Source of the DNA: a virus
Length of the DNA: 64,000 bases
Direction: 5' to 3' (one strand)
Virus record (IMG/VR): IMGVR_UViG_3300045988_115450
Coordinates: 43,582 to 107,581 of that record
The notes beneath the pieces were generated by a model. The model ran no database searches. It had not been told where the DNA came from and saw nothing but the letters and a program-made list of their open reading frames with translations. A program made the position numbers and the translations under genes. This document shows, piece by piece, positions 25,026 to 33,623 of the stretch; the first letter of the stretch is position 1, and the number at the start of each line of letters is the position of its first letter.

Positions 25026-26432
25026 GTGACCTGTGCGCGGCGTATTTGTTTTGTCGATTGTAAGGGTAGCTCTTCTGATACGGACGCTATGACGGAGCTA
25101 ATTATGAATGGGTTCTGGTTAAACGGCACTCACTTTGTACTGTGCGAACGATCGGCGAGCATGACCCGCAACTCTATCTTGAGCTTTATCGACGCGACTA
25201 TATCAGATCCGGTGTACGAGACAATCACTATGGGGGCTGACCCCGGCCCGACAGTTATAAGTAAGCTAATGGCTTATAGAGGCTTGTGCCTTTCCTCTTG
25301 TCATTGCTTGAATGGCTTTCGCCCTAAAGTGATTGTTGTGCCGGACTACGAGTGCGTGTTGCCGCAACAGCATATCAAATACATATACGATGAAAAGACA
25401 TCCTTCATCAACGCTGACGGCAAAGAGATCCCCTGGACACAAAAGAATGTGGCGGACGGATATAGAGACATCAACGTCACGCCCTTTGACGGCTGCGGCA
25501 TACACCATCCAGCTATTACGGACGAGGTTCAGTTCCGGCTGTCGTCTGCTGATAGCCCGACGACGATACTTTGGCGAGCGCCGTATATCAAAGGTCTCAC
25601 CTGCGAGGTTGATTACCCAACCTTCTACGCCGAGCGGGGTGTAACATCCATCAAGGATATATGGGGCGTGTCGCATGATGTTACCCCGGACGCCGAGCCG
25701 ATGATTATCTTGAGCAAGAGTATGTATAAGGGCTTCAAATATTTTCAGACGAACAAAGATGCAACAGACTGGGAATATTATTGGGAGCAATTCGAAAAGT
25801 ATGGTTATTGCTTAGGTGTTGCTAAATGGAACTTCAATAAAGATATCGAGCCAGTTTATACGAGATGCAACTACCAGGTTCTTCAGACGCTCAACCTTCC
25901 TTATCAAGAATTTGTTGAGCTTGCTACGGACTCTATTGAGTGGGCAGAAAAGATTATTGACGGCGATCCTTTTTACTCTATGTGCTTCCTAGGGTTGACA
26001 GCAGATAAGTGTAACCCCTTGAACGATTATGCAAAATCAGTAATGAAGAACCCAACCATGCTTAAACAATATGAAGTGCGGAGTTACTTAATCAGTCTAC
26101 TGGCTAAATACATAGACGAGATGTGCTGCGGCAAGATATGGATCAAGAGCTGCTTCAAATTTCTGATACCCGACCTAATCGCATTTATGGAAGCGGCGGC
26201 GGGTCTAGTCCCGTCCGGCTGTCTCGGCGACAATGAATTTTACTGTATAACAAAAGAAGGTCCGATGTGTGGCGACAAGCTGATTACGCGTAACCCCCAC
26301 ATTTGTGATAGTGAGAATGTCGTGTTGTACGCTATCAATAATGAATTAACAAGCAAGTACCTCAGTCATTTGGTTAATACGTGTATCATCAATTCTAAAT
26401 CAATAATCCCACAAAGATTGAATGGAGCAGAT
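25026..26432 (+). CDS. RdRP/YonO-like two-barrel RNA polymerase, exon 1 (5' end of the gene unresolved)
   Basis: Ends KLITRNPHICDSENVVLYAI...RLNGAD. RNPxxxx[GD/SE] and the interrupted GAD|FDGD match the eukaryotic-type RdRP / SPbeta YonO signature. Confidence 0.7.
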
Positions 26433-26710
26433 TACTCCTAAACAAAGTCCTTCCCTGCGGTAACGTAGGTGTAAGCCCGGTGTGAACCGTTTATCAGCGG
26501 GTGTTGAACAAACGTCAGGAGCAGCAGGAAATGGCTGCTAGTTGTTCAGCTAACAGGGAAGCCGGAAGGTAATCCTGTGCAAGCCTTTAAGGAATGTGCA
26601 ACGACTATGGGTGATGAGTGTAGCCCAGTAGGAGTCCTATTGATACGGACTTCCAAGCGCACCGCTGCCGCTACGCGGTAGATGATATAGTCTTTCTACG
26701 AGAGTAGAAG
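26433..26710 (+). ncRNA. Group I intron 1 (ORF-less, phage IA2-like core)
   Basis: R element AACGACTAT (~26600) and S element GATATAGTCT (26684-26693). Terminal hairpin TTTCTAC-GAGA-GTAGAAG ends in G26710. There is an in-frame stop 2 codons into the intron. Confidence 0.7.
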
Positions 26711-27010
26711 TTTGACGGAGATTTAGTTTTAGTATTTAATGATGACAGGCTATTAAATGGCGTAGATAAAAACGCTATACCTGTTATAGACGTAGATGAT
26801 AAGATCACGACAGAGCCGGAGGAATTTACGCCAGAGAACAGGTTGAAAGTAATTCTACGAACAATGAAGAACCTGATTGGCGAGTATAGTAACTACGCAA
26901 CAGCATACAGAAACAGATGTGGTAAAACAGAGGAACAACGAGATAAGTACGAGAAGTATATTGACATTATAAGTGTCTTGACAGGTAAATCCATCAACGA
27001 TCGGTGGCCT
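26711..27010 (+). CDS. RdRP/YonO-like RNA polymerase, exon 2 (3' boundary uncertain, 27001-27019)
   Basis: Begins FDGDLVLVFNDDRLL. The frame is open 26708-27025. Confidence 0.6.
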
Positions 27011-27296
27011 ATGTTGGTAACAGCGTAGCGCAAAGTCAGTGAACCTACATATGTAGGGTGTCGGTTAATGACCGGCTAACGGAGAAAATCTAAGCGACTT
27101 ATCGTATGACAATTCCGTGCCAAGCCTTTGAAAAGGAAGGTGTAACGACTATCCCCTGGCGGTGAGATTCCGCAATAGGAGTACGGCTGAGTGAAATTCT
27201 CAGTGGGTGAGATTCCCTTAAATGGAAGCGCTGACTACCCGTAACTTACGGGTAATGATATAGTCTATTCCCTAACAAATATCCGGAAACGGAGGG
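27011..27296 (+). ncRNA. Group I intron 2 (ORF-less); boundaries approximate
   Basis: TAACGACTATCCC (27143-27155) and GATATAGTCT (27257-27266). Terminal hairpin CCCT..TCCG-GAAA-CGGA-GGG ends at G27296. The core is paralogous to intron 1. Confidence 0.65.
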
Positions 27297-27947
27297 TGTA
27301 AAAGAGATTACGCAAAGACCGGAGTCCTATACCCCATGCCACGTACTATTTCAAAATACGGACGCCCACTCCCCTACTTTATGAAGTACGCGTCACCATA
27401 TTATAAACGGCTGAAGCTTTCCCGCTCACTGTCTAATATGAATAAGCTGTGTTGGGAAATTGAGCATTGGAAGAGAAGCATCAGGTATAAAAGAGCCGAC
27501 CAAGAGTTCGACTATAACATCATGATTAACGATGAAATCCCTGTTTCGGACGAACTCTACAAGGAAATGGAGCAAGTCTATCGCTCGTTCTGCACAGAGG
27601 TAAAAGAGCTGTCGCACAAGTTGAAACAGCTCGATGGAGAGGACGCGGAAGCGGAACGCAAGAAAGCATACGCCCTACTGTACGAGCGGTATAGGAATCG
27701 ATGCTACTCTATTTGTAACGGCAACGCCTCGCTGGTTGCTAACGCCGCCGTTATGTTGTGCCATGACCACAGGACGTGGAATCAGCGGTTTAAGTGGGTT
27801 GTTGGCGGCGCTGGCATTGTTAGCAATATCGAGCAGGCAGACATCAAACTGCCAAAGCAGGATGATACAGGAGAACTCGAATACCTAGGAAAGAGATACA
27901 CGATGATTAAGATAAAGAAGGAGGATGTTCCCTCATTTGATAGATGA
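27297..27947 (+). CDS. RdRP/YonO-like RNA polymerase, exon 3
   Basis: The frame is open from 27276, upstream of the ORF-track ATG at 27336, with no RBS at that ATG. It continues to the stop at 27945-27947. Confidence 0.55.
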   Translation, partial: CKRDYAKTGVLYPMPRTISKYGRPLPYFMKYASPYYKRLKLSRSLSNMNKLCWEIEHWKRSIRYKRADQEFDYNIMINDEIPVSDELYKEMEQVYRSFCTEVKELSHKLKQLDGEDAEAERKKAYALLYERYRNRCYSICNGNASLVANAAVMLCHDHRTWNQRFKWVVGGAGIVSNIEQADIKLPKQDDTGELEYLGKRYTMIKIKKEDVPSFDR

Positions 27948-28611
27948 AGTATATGAAGTAAAAGAGTATTTGGGTGGAAAGAAGATAACAGAGCGCGGTC
28001 GTTATCGCGCCGCCTATATGATCGCTCGGTGGTACACCCAGGAAGGGTGTACCTTCCGGGAGACGCGGGACAAGATTTTTGAATGGGCAAAGAGAACGGA
28101 TAACTTTTTAAAGTACAATGTGAATGACATTATTGAATCGGCGCGTAATTGTGATGATAGATTAAAAGATAATGTGACTTTATACATAAGCGAAACAGAC
28201 ATCAACAGAATCGTCAATTTGTTTGACGGAAAGAATACACGCAAACTTGCTCTAGCTCTGCTATGCTATGCGAAGGTGTACGCAAATAAGAATAGAGAAT
28301 TTAACATTTCCCTATCCGCTTTATCTGAGTGGTGCGGTATCACCAGACAGCATATTAGCCACAGCTACTTACCGGAGCTTATTAAGCTTGGGTACATCAC
28401 GAAGCTGGACTCTAGCGCCACTACAGTGTGGCATCGAGCTAAGAAAACAACCACTAGTAAATATGCTCAGACTAGATTGCGTATAGAGGTTCCGCTTTAT
28501 AACGCTGGAAAGTTTCAGCTTGTACGCAATGACTTTAAAAAGTTACATAATGAAATATTTGAAAAGACACAGCGAAATCGGTTTTATATAGAGGGAGAGA
28601 ACTATGGTTAA
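27925..28611 (+). CDS. HTH/winged-helix protein
   Basis: 228 aa. LSALSEWCGITRQHISHSYLPELIKLGYI is HTH-like. The start overlaps the end of the RNAP gene. Confidence 0.6.
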   Translation: MFPHLIDEVYEVKEYLGGKKITERGRYRAAYMIARWYTQEGCTFRETRDKIFEWAKRTDNFLKYNVNDIIESARNCDDRLKDNVTLYISETDINRIVNLFDGKNTRKLALALLCYAKVYANKNREFNISLSALSEWCGITRQHISHSYLPELIKLGYITKLDSSATTVWHRAKKTTTSKYAQTRLRIEVPLYNAGKFQLVRNDFKKLHNEIFEKTQRNRFYIEGENYG

Positions 28612-28882
28612 CTTATCAAAAGAAGAAAGAGAAACAATCATCCTTTATACGGAAGTAGATGACCGCGCCGAAGTATATACACACAACAAGCGGTTAATCA
28701 ATCGCCTATCTAAGTTCTGCAAAGACAGGCCAGACGAAATACAGAAGATCAGAGAATCAGAAACGGGAGCCGTGACATACACGGTTCCCCGTGACTGGGT
28801 AAGAGTATCCCCAAAGCGCAAAATGTCTGATGCGCAAAAGGCTGCGGCAGCTGAACGCCTGGCGGCGATTAGATCGATGTAG
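28604..28882 (+). CDS. Hypothetical protein
   Basis: 92 aa ORF with an overlapping start. Confidence 0.6.
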   Translation: MVNLSKEERETIILYTEVDDRAEVYTHNKRLINRLSKFCKDRPDEIQKIRESETGAVTYTVPRDWVRVSPKRKMSDAQKAAAAERLAAIRSM

Positions 28883-28959
28883 TGGTGGTGCATATATTGA
28901 CGAACGATGTAATATGTGGTAAAATAATTCTAACGCTAAATTAGTGGAGGGAAAAGTAT

Positions 28960-29718
28960 ATGAGAAAAATACTAGGTGTTTTGTTTGCAATATGCGTGGC
29001 CACATCACTGGCTGGTTGCGGCGGCGGAAGTTCTTTCACAGTTGGAGAATTCTGTGACACATATAATAAAAGTCTCGAAGCCTGGAGCGAGACTTTCTCT
29101 ATCGATTATGGGTCGATGACGCGTCTAAACAAGACTAATAGTAGCGGTTCATTTTCGCTGATTGATGGGTCTAAAATTAAAATCTCCACAGGGAGAGATT
29201 CTGTTGGCGAAAATGATTCTGTACAAGAAGTCGCGTTTATTTGCAATTTTAAAACGACCGATCAAAGTACGGATAACGCATTCAATTCGGAGCTTTTTTC
29301 CTTTCTCGAAGCCGCCCTACCAAACGCCACCCCTGATGATAGGAATCAGGTGATGAAGTGTTATGCAAATGGTGCTGGATTTTTGCCAGAGTTGAGTGAT
29401 GGAAAAGTAGTCGATCACGGCTACAGTTCTTTTGTGATCAACTATAGTGGCAAGGAAACACCAGATTATACTGGTAAATATCGTAGCGTTGAAGATAATA
29501 GTAATATTGAAATTGAGCTAGATGTAAAGAGCTTTGGCGTTGGCAATATTAATGTTACTGTTAATGGTAATTCCACTGGCCCGACCAGTATAAGGTGGGG
29601 AGTTTCTGATAACAATTTTAATATTATTTCTCAATCTGAAAGCAACGTCTTGAGCGGGAAAATTGATGGTAACACAATTACGCTTAACACTGGCTCCGTA
29701 TTGGAGAAGCAGGAGTAA
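28960..29718 (+). CDS. Lipoprotein
   Basis: Signal peptide plus lipobox MRKILGVLFAICVATSLAGC. RBS GGAGGG. Confidence 0.75.
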   Translation: MRKILGVLFAICVATSLAGCGGGSSFTVGEFCDTYNKSLEAWSETFSIDYGSMTRLNKTNSSGSFSLIDGSKIKISTGRDSVGENDSVQEVAFICNFKTTDQSTDNAFNSELFSFLEAALPNATPDDRNQVMKCYANGAGFLPELSDGKVVDHGYSSFVINYSGKETPDYTGKYRSVEDNSNIEIELDVKSFGVGNINVTVNGNSTGPTSIRWGVSDNNFNIISQSESNVLSGKIDGNTITLNTGSVLEKQE

Positions 29719-29725
29719 AAATTTT

Positions 29726-29752
29726 AGCGGCCTTCTGGCCGCTATTTTTTTT
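29726..29752 (+). terminator. Rho-independent terminator
   Basis: AGCGGCC-ttct-GGCCGCT followed by ATTTTTTTT. Confidence 0.8.
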
Positions 29753-29827
29753 GCAAAAATTTATCTTCCAAAAAATTCTACTATTATATGAGATTAAAAT
29801 AATGAACAGGTTCATGGAACATTTTAA

Positions 29828-30064
29828 ATGAACAATATGGTTCTTTATTTAATCTCAAATAGAATAAAAGGAGCAAAGAAATTGATTCAAATTTCAAGAG
29901 CAGAAGCTACAGCAATCCGTAAGAAAGTACGGAACGCAAACATCAGAAAGACGCGACATAAGTTTTATCTAGAAGAAAGTCGTACAGTTATGAGATTCCT
30001 AAATCGGCTGCGAACAGAAGGCGTGGTTGCTACCTATGGTGAAACGGGGTGTCGTCGTCAGTGA
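29828..30064 (+). CDS. Small basic hypothetical protein
   Basis: 78 aa ORF. The start is uncertain. Confidence 0.45.
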   Translation: MNNMVLYLISNRIKGAKKLIQISRAEATAIRKKVRNANIRKTRHKFYLEESRTVMRFLNRLRTEGVVATYGETGCRRQ

Positions 30065-31248
30065 TCTCTTACGACCGCTTGCGATATCTTGTCGATAGCA
30101 AACTTGTTACCCGCACCCTCCCAGATAGCTTTGAAGATATCAGCGAAGAGATTTTTGGTGAGGGTAACGCCTACAGTTCGTCCGAGGTTCGCCGACGAAT
30201 GTACGGCATGAAACGGTTATTTGAAGTAATCGACAATGAGGGGTTGCTCATCCATAAGGTCAATGCAAAAGATCCGTTATACAACCAGACAAAAATGATC
30301 GAACACGAGCGCAAAGCGCTACTCGATCAGCAGAGAGTCCTGGATGCGAAGCTGTCTCATGCAGGCAGGCTGGAGGCGTTAGGTGACAGGTTGTTCGAGG
30401 CTGCGCTCACTTTAACCCCTAAGCTGCATAATCTTTATCAAGAAGAACTACATACGATTCGTGGGAATAATGAGGCTGTATTGGTGTTGGCGGACTGGCA
30501 TTACGGGATGAAGACCTATAATGTTTGGAACGAGTACAGCACCGATATCTGTATTAACCGCGTCAGAAAATTGATTGACGGTACGGTCGAGCGGATGAAG
30601 TTACACAAGCCTAGCAAACTGCACATACTTGTGCTAGGTGACATGATTAGCGGTGCCATTCATACAACCTCTAGGATTGAGTCGGAACAACTGGTGTGCG
30701 ATCAGATTATGCAGGTGTCAGAGCTTATTGCTGAAACGGTTGCTGAACTATCACAGTATGTGCCGGAACTGAATTTGTATTGCACCTACGGTAATCACTC
30801 ACGTACAGTGCAGAATAAGAAAGATAGTATCCACACAGATAATATAGAGCGGCTAATCCCCTGGTGGCTTGAGCTAAGGCTGGCTGGATTTAATCACGTT
30901 CATATTATTAACTCTGAGTATCCGGAGTTCGCTACAATGAACGTCTGTGGCTATCACATTTGTGCGACACACGGCGACCTAGAGAAGAAAGTCAACACAG
31001 CGGGGAAGAGTCTTTACGCACTTTTCTCGCAACGATTTGACCAAAAGATTGACTATATTATCTTAGCGCACCGTCATCACTTAGAAGAGTTTGAAGAGCT
31101 TGCAATTGAAACAATTTCTGTTCGAGCGCTGTGCGGCACAGATAACTTTGCTAATACAAAAAGGCTGTATAGCATTCCTGGTCAGACGCTACTGTTCTTC
31201 AATCCTGAGTGCGGACGAGACGCGTCATACAACATAAGACTAGACTAA
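30049..31248 (+). CDS. Calcineurin-like metallophosphoesterase
   Basis: Motifs ADWHYG, GDMISG, GNH, THGD and AHRHH. Confidence 0.75.
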   Translation: MSSSVISYDRLRYLVDSKLVTRTLPDSFEDISEEIFGEGNAYSSSEVRRRMYGMKRLFEVIDNEGLLIHKVNAKDPLYNQTKMIEHERKALLDQQRVLDAKLSHAGRLEALGDRLFEAALTLTPKLHNLYQEELHTIRGNNEAVLVLADWHYGMKTYNVWNEYSTDICINRVRKLIDGTVERMKLHKPSKLHILVLGDMISGAIHTTSRIESEQLVCDQIMQVSELIAETVAELSQYVPELNLYCTYGNHSRTVQNKKDSIHTDNIERLIPWWLELRLAGFNHVHIINSEYPEFATMNVCGYHICATHGDLEKKVNTAGKSLYALFSQRFDQKIDYIILAHRHHLEEFEELAIETISVRALCGTDNFANTKRLYSIPGQTLLFFNPECGRDASYNIRLD

Positions 31249-31282
31249 AATTGAATGCTGCTAGAAAGCGAGGTGGGCGTAT

Positions 31283-32308
31283 ATGCCACGTAAGACAAAG
31301 TATAACAATATCACTAGCCCTGCGCTTTTAGAGCAGGTTAACCCAGAAAATAAAAGATTGAAGAACGATTTCCTTACTTATCTAAAATCAGTACAAAGAA
31401 GTAATGGAACAATTGATGGGTACTCCCACGACCTCGACATCTTCTTTGTATGGAATCTGCAGAACAACAATAATAAATTCTTTGTTGACTTATCAAAGCG
31501 TGACCTGATCTCATATCAGAACTGGCTTATCTACGAGAACGAAAACTCCCCCGCAAGAGTCAGACGTCTAAAGGCCGCCCTTTCTTCCCTATCCAATTAC
31601 GTAGAGAATATTTTGGACGACGAGTATGAAGGATATCGTCCAATCGTGAGGAAGATCGAGTCCCCAATCAATCAGCCGGTTAGAGAGAAAACAGTGTTCT
31701 CTGATGAGCAGTTGCAGTCGCTGCTAGATATTCTGGTTAAAGAAGAGAGGTTTACTCAAGCGTGCGCACTGTCACTTGCTATGTGCAGCGGAAGAAGAAA
31801 GTCGGAGCTGTTACGTTTTAAGGTAGACTGGTTCACAAGCGACAACATTATTTACGGGTCGCTATATAAGACTCCGGAGAAGGTAAAAACAAAAGGTGCT
31901 GGCAACGGTAAATATCTTTATTGTTACACCCTCTCAAAAGAGTTCGACCCTTACTTAGACCTCTATATGAATTGGAGAAAAGAAAATAACGTGGAGAGCG
32001 AATGGTTGTTTTATGACAAAGCAGATCCCACGAAACAAATGAATATTTCTACGCTGAACAGCTGGGCTGTTCGGTTTAGCAAAATATTGGGCGTGCCGTT
32101 CTATTGGCACGCCTTACGTCATTTCTTCACCACAAAGTTAGCACGGCTTGGTCTGCCGGATAGTGTTGTGCAGACTGTTATCGGCTGGAGTTCCGCCGAT
32201 ATGGTTCGGCTGTATGACGACACTCCTGATGACGAACAGTTGGAAAAGTATTTTGGTGAAGATGGAATTAAAACAGATGTTAAGGCAACTGGACTAGCTG
32301 ACCTGTAA
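31283..32308 (+). CDS. Tyrosine recombinase 2 (XerC/D-like)
   Basis: SGRRKSEL (Arg), WHALRHFF (HxxR), GWSSADMVRLY (Tyr), with a SAM-like N-terminal domain. Confidence 0.8.
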   Translation: MPRKTKYNNITSPALLEQVNPENKRLKNDFLTYLKSVQRSNGTIDGYSHDLDIFFVWNLQNNNNKFFVDLSKRDLISYQNWLIYENENSPARVRRLKAALSSLSNYVENILDDEYEGYRPIVRKIESPINQPVREKTVFSDEQLQSLLDILVKEERFTQACALSLAMCSGRRKSELLRFKVDWFTSDNIIYGSLYKTPEKVKTKGAGNGKYLYCYTLSKEFDPYLDLYMNWRKENNVESEWLFYDKADPTKQMNISTLNSWAVRFSKILGVPFYWHALRHFFTTKLARLGLPDSVVQTVIGWSSADMVRLYDDTPDDEQLEKYFGEDGIKTDVKATGLADL

Positions 32309-32334
32309 CATGAACGAATGAAAGGTTGAATGAA

Positions 32335-32649
32335 ATGATTAACAATAAGCAATTTGTAAGACGAGTATTGGAAATGGCGGAGCATCTGTCTGGCGTTAAG
32401 TATAGAGTAAAGGATGGCGAACTGATGGTAGATGCTGTGAAGTTCGCTATTGAAAAGGCACTGGCCGAAGGCGAAGACATCTCTCTGCACGGTTTTGGTG
32501 CCTTTAAGGTACATGAATATCCTGAACGCCAGGCAACGATCAACGGGCAAACTTACAATGTTCCTCCCCGTAAGGGTGTAAAATTCAGCCCCGGCAAGCG
32601 GCTCCGTGATGAAGTTGCGCACGGTCGTTTCCAGACTATTGACCTGTAA
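32335..32649 (+). CDS. HU/IHF-family DNA-binding protein
   Basis: ISLHGFGAFKVHEYPERQATINGQTYNVPPRKGVKFSPGKRLRD matches the HU arm signature. Confidence 0.75.
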   Translation: MINNKQFVRRVLEMAEHLSGVKYRVKDGELMVDAVKFAIEKALAEGEDISLHGFGAFKVHEYPERQATINGQTYNVPPRKGVKFSPGKRLRDEVAHGRFQTIDL

Positions 32650-33623
32650 TGGCTAGGCAGAAATTAGGGGCGACGGAACCCACAAGAGTCAAAGGTCAGT
32701 TCAAATGTGTTGGTTGCGGCACTGTCTATCCTACACAAGCCCGTAATTTCAAGACTGTTCAGAGCACGCTGTATAAAGGAAATAATAACTACCTGTGCTG
32801 GTGTAACAGGTGTGTTGACGCCCTATATATCAAGTATAGGGATAGCGGTCTATCTGAGGCGGACGCAGCTAAAAAGGTATGCTCGAAGTTTGATATCTAT
32901 TGGGAAAAAGACGTTTGGGATAAGGTCTCTACGGCGAACAAAAGCGAGAGTTCAACATTGATCAGAACTTACCTTGACCGAATGAACCTCAACCAGCATA
33001 TTAAAAAGACATATGACAACACTGTCGTCGAAGAAGCCCGGCGACAAATGCTACTGGGGAAGCAGGCTTCTATTGGTATGAACGCTGAAGAAGATCCTGA
33101 AGTCCCCCCTGAGCTAGAAGAGTTCTGGGGTAAGGGCAGAGAGCCGTGGTGCTACAACGAGCTTCAACATACATACGACATGCTGACTAATGGATATACC
33201 GTTGATACTCCCGCCAAGGCTCTCCTGGTTAAACAGGCTTGTCTGTCTGTGTTTGAGATTGATGAACTTCAGAAGAATGGTAAACCTTTCGAAAAACAAC
33301 AAGCCTCTCTGGTCAATACGCTAGGTTCATTGAATCTGAAGCCCAGCCAGATCAAAGAGGACGAGCGGAACTCTGGGTTGGACGATATGCCATTTGGTGT
33401 AGCGATTCAAAAGTGGGAGCAGACACGCCCTATTCCGGAGCCGCAATCGGACTGGGTTGACGTTGATAATATTAGAAAGTACAACATGACTTGGTTCCTA
33501 GGCCCGCTGTGCAATATGGTCGGAGTAGATAACAAGTACAATGAAATGTATGAAGAGGCAATGAGTGAGTACAGGGTTAATCGTCCGGATTACTCAGAAG
33601 ATGAGGATGTGGTCGATGAATGA
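32649..33623 (+). CDS. Putative terminase small subunit / DNA-recognition protein (Zn-ribbon N-terminus)
   Basis: Position immediately upstream of, and overlapping, the terminase large subunit. CVGC...CWCNRC. Confidence 0.4.
   Translation: MARQKLGATEPTRVKGQFKCVGCGTVYPTQARNFKTVQSTLYKGNNNYLCWCNRCVDALYIKYRDSGLSEADAAKKVCSKFDIYWEKDVWDKVSTANKSESSTLIRTYLDRMNLNQHIKKTYDNTVVEEARRQMLLGKQASIGMNAEEDPEVPPELEEFWGKGREPWCYNELQHTYDMLTNGYTVDTPAKALLVKQACLSVFEIDELQKNGKPFEKQQASLVNTLGSLNLKPSQIKEDERNSGLDDMPFGVAIQKWEQTRPIPEPQSDWVDVDNIRKYNMTWFLGPLCNMVGVDNKYNEMYEEAMSEYRVNRPDYSEDEDVVDE

Noticed and set aside
26433-27296. Homing endonuclease ORFs inside the two introns
   Set aside because: Both spacers are roughly 280 nt (278 and ~286 nt) and contain no ORF of meaningful length, so the introns appear ORF-less.
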